From Octopus sinensis (taxonomy: Eukaryota), in the NCBI RefSeq assembly GCF_006345805.1, contig NC_043000.1, forward strand, positions 65,348,001-65,412,000: DNA of 64,000 nucleotides, given 5' to 3'. Shown here one piece after another: positions 63,902 through 64,000 of the stretch. A program made the position numbers and the translations under genes. Within the stretch, counting starts at the first letter, position 1, and each line of letters opens with the position of its first letter. The notes beneath the pieces are model-generated. The model saw only the letters and a list, made by a program, of their open reading frames with translations, did not search any database and had not been told where the DNA came from.

Positions 63902-64000
63902 TTGCATTTTATTCTCGGTTTCCATGACGACATCAGGTAAATTATTTATAGTATCAATGAACTTCACAAGATTATGCTTCTTTGATTTAGATGTTCTATT
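63902..64000 (-). CDS. Adhesion GPCR exon, partial (runs off the window)
   Basis: Open frame NRTSKSKKHNLVKFIDTINNLPDVVMETENKMQ ending at donor caa|gtgagt, phase 0. Confidence 0.65.

Overview
Eukaryotic, AT-rich, repeat-dense DNA, almost certainly from an octopus or other coleoid cephalopod (inferred from the SINE/RTE repeat families). Three spliced genes were reconstructed by hand using GT-AG boundaries and phase continuity. (1) The first coding exon of TUBGCP2 (gamma-tubulin complex component 2), minus strand, running off the left edge. (2) A complete 4-exon TMEM138 CDS (161 aa), plus strand, head-to-head with TUBGCP2 across a promoter-like region at about 15.8-16.8 kb. (3) Nineteen exons (573 aa) of a minus-strand adhesion GPCR with GAIN/GPS and 7TM domains, whose 5' end lies beyond the right edge. 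The rest is transposon-derived: a young 5'-inverted RTE LINE with a PHD-type finger after the RT core and a minisatellite 3' UTR, many truncated RTE copies, decayed CR1/Jockey-type LINEs, a Gypsy integrase remnant, a Penelope GIY-YIG remnant, at least three tRNA-derived SINE families, and mariner-, pogo- and piggyBac-type MITEs. The most notable observations are several Penelope-type hammerhead ribozyme motifs (one intact), a Penelope terminus carrying a tRNA-like Pol III head in two copies, the twin-priming-type RTE inversion and a near-perfect 37-bp intronic hairpin. Most entries in the supplied ORF track are microsatellite or TE artefacts. Repeat coordinates are approximate; exon coordinates were counted by hand.
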